Positions 62,524 through 64,000 of a DNA stretch of 64,000 nt are shown in pieces. A program made the position numbers and the translations under genes. Each line of letters begins with the position of its first letter. Within the stretch, counting starts at the first letter, position 1. The DNA lies in NCBI GenBank assembly GCA_051362555.1, contig CM120644.1, positions 7,882,954-7,946,953 on the forward strand, in the 5' to 3' direction. The notes under the pieces were generated by a model. It had not been told where the DNA came from and did no database searches. It saw nothing but the letters and a program-made list of their open reading frames with translations. This DNA is from Lingula anatina. Its lineage: Eukaryota; Animalia; Brachiopoda.

Positions 62524-64000
62524 GTAAGAGTGGGGGATAAGTGGAACACCCTTTGTTTGTAGGACTGATCTAGACATGGTGCACCGGCTGCAGAAAAAAA
62601 AAAGCAATCAGTCATGTATTTTGGCACTTTAAAAATGAAATGTAGTGAACTGTGAAGAATACTAACAGGGTTCTTGATAATTGTTACTGCAGACTTGACA
62701 AAAGAAAAATGAACAATGCATTGTAATTTGTAGGCAAGATATACACATCATTTTTATTACAAATGACAGAATCCTTTGCTGTCTAGCTGCTGATCCTGCC
62801 CACCATTACCATTCACCTGTCATCACCAGGTTTGAAGTGGCAGCTCTTGTTTCACATTATCATTGTGCCATTGATTTATTTCTCTAATTGTCTTTAAACA
62901 TATGAAACACAACGGAATCCTTAAAAAATTCTGTTTTGCATTCAGTTTAGTTCTATAAAGATAAACTTTGGTATATAACCTTCATGTACATATATAGGAT
63001 ATGGTGTAATTTCTGTCACTGGTTTCAAGATGATTATAGGTATGTTTCTCAGTTAACAGGATGCAGATTTTTAATTTGTCAAGTTTGGCATTGAAATGAA
63101 AGCCTTAAGTCACATTTATAGAAAGAATATACATTTGTAAGTGAGATTATAAAAATGCTCTGGGGAGAGAGCCTCGGGGGTGGGGGTGGGGGTGGGGGGG
63201 TGGGGGAGGTTGTAGAAATGCTCTAATATTGGCCAGTTGGTGAGTGTTGAATCTGCATCCAGAGTTGGAGAGTGTCATAATTTGGTTCAAATTAATTGAT
63301 CTTAGCATTGTGAAGAAGTTGGTTTTAAAATTTTTAAAAATGAGTCACAAAGTTTACTTACTAAGTTTAGCCAATTGTATTACATTTTATAACCATTTTT
63401 ATTTAATTTATTTATTTTTCACAATATTTTGAACTTTGTTTTGTTCTTTCTTTGAGATGTTCAGCTGATACAATTTTTTAGGCTTTGAAGCCAGTAAGTT
63501 AACTCTTTTAAAATGCAGTTTAATTGCTTGACATGTTTAGTATATTACACTGGATTACAGTATCTGTTCTATTCACAAGTTTCAAATTCTTTTTCAACTT
63601 GACTTGGCCTATAAATTTTTTTACCAATTATTTGCAAGCACTTTTATTCATTAAAATGTTATGGACTTACTTGAAAGTTTTAAATTTAAATTTTGTCGAA
63701 TAGTTATATATTTCCTGTGTTTACTGTTTATTAAAATGTTTTCTAAAACTAAATGCATATATACCAGCATATGAAAGTAAACATTTTGGTTTGTCACAAG
63801 TTTCTGCTTGCCAAGGTAACAAACTTTAAAGTTACCATTAGACAACTAACATTCAATAGTGTTCAAGTTGGAAAAACACAGTGGACTCATGAAGATAATT
63901 TTACATACTGTAGTTGGATATCAGTGTTAAACAGTCTAGACTGAACCCAAAAAATCTAACACTGTTAATTAAATAGACTCTTGTGTAAATTTTGTAAGTG

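Overview
AT-rich, intron-rich animal genomic DNA, not prokaryotic; repeat types and gene content suggest a marine invertebrate, probably a lophotrochozoan (inference). Six spliced protein genes were reconstructed by hand from splice sites and reading-frame phase: RETSAT-like (-, 12 exons, one GC-AG intron); an acidic/polyQ protein whose C-terminal domain resembles Drosophila Wurstfest/Fest (+); SARNP/CIP29 (-); a sorcin/grancalcin-type penta-EF-hand gene (-) with two microexons and a U12-type intron; KAT2/GCN5-PCAF (+, 17 exons, head-to-head with the sorcin-like gene); and a gene joining an N-terminal SNAG motif to Fez-type C2H2 fingers (+, 3' part not found in the window). A seventh, intronless ~420-aa membrane-anchored Pro/Ser/Glu-repeat ORF is nested antisense in KAT2 intron 9, next to a frameshifted copy of KAT2 exon 12. 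Mobile DNA includes a young deleted LTR element just upstream of SARNP, a truncated RTE LINE with TSD, Helentron/HINE-like elements, Kolobok- and Harbinger-like MITEs, a foldback element and tandem arrays. All family assignments are from recalled sequence similarity; no searches were run.
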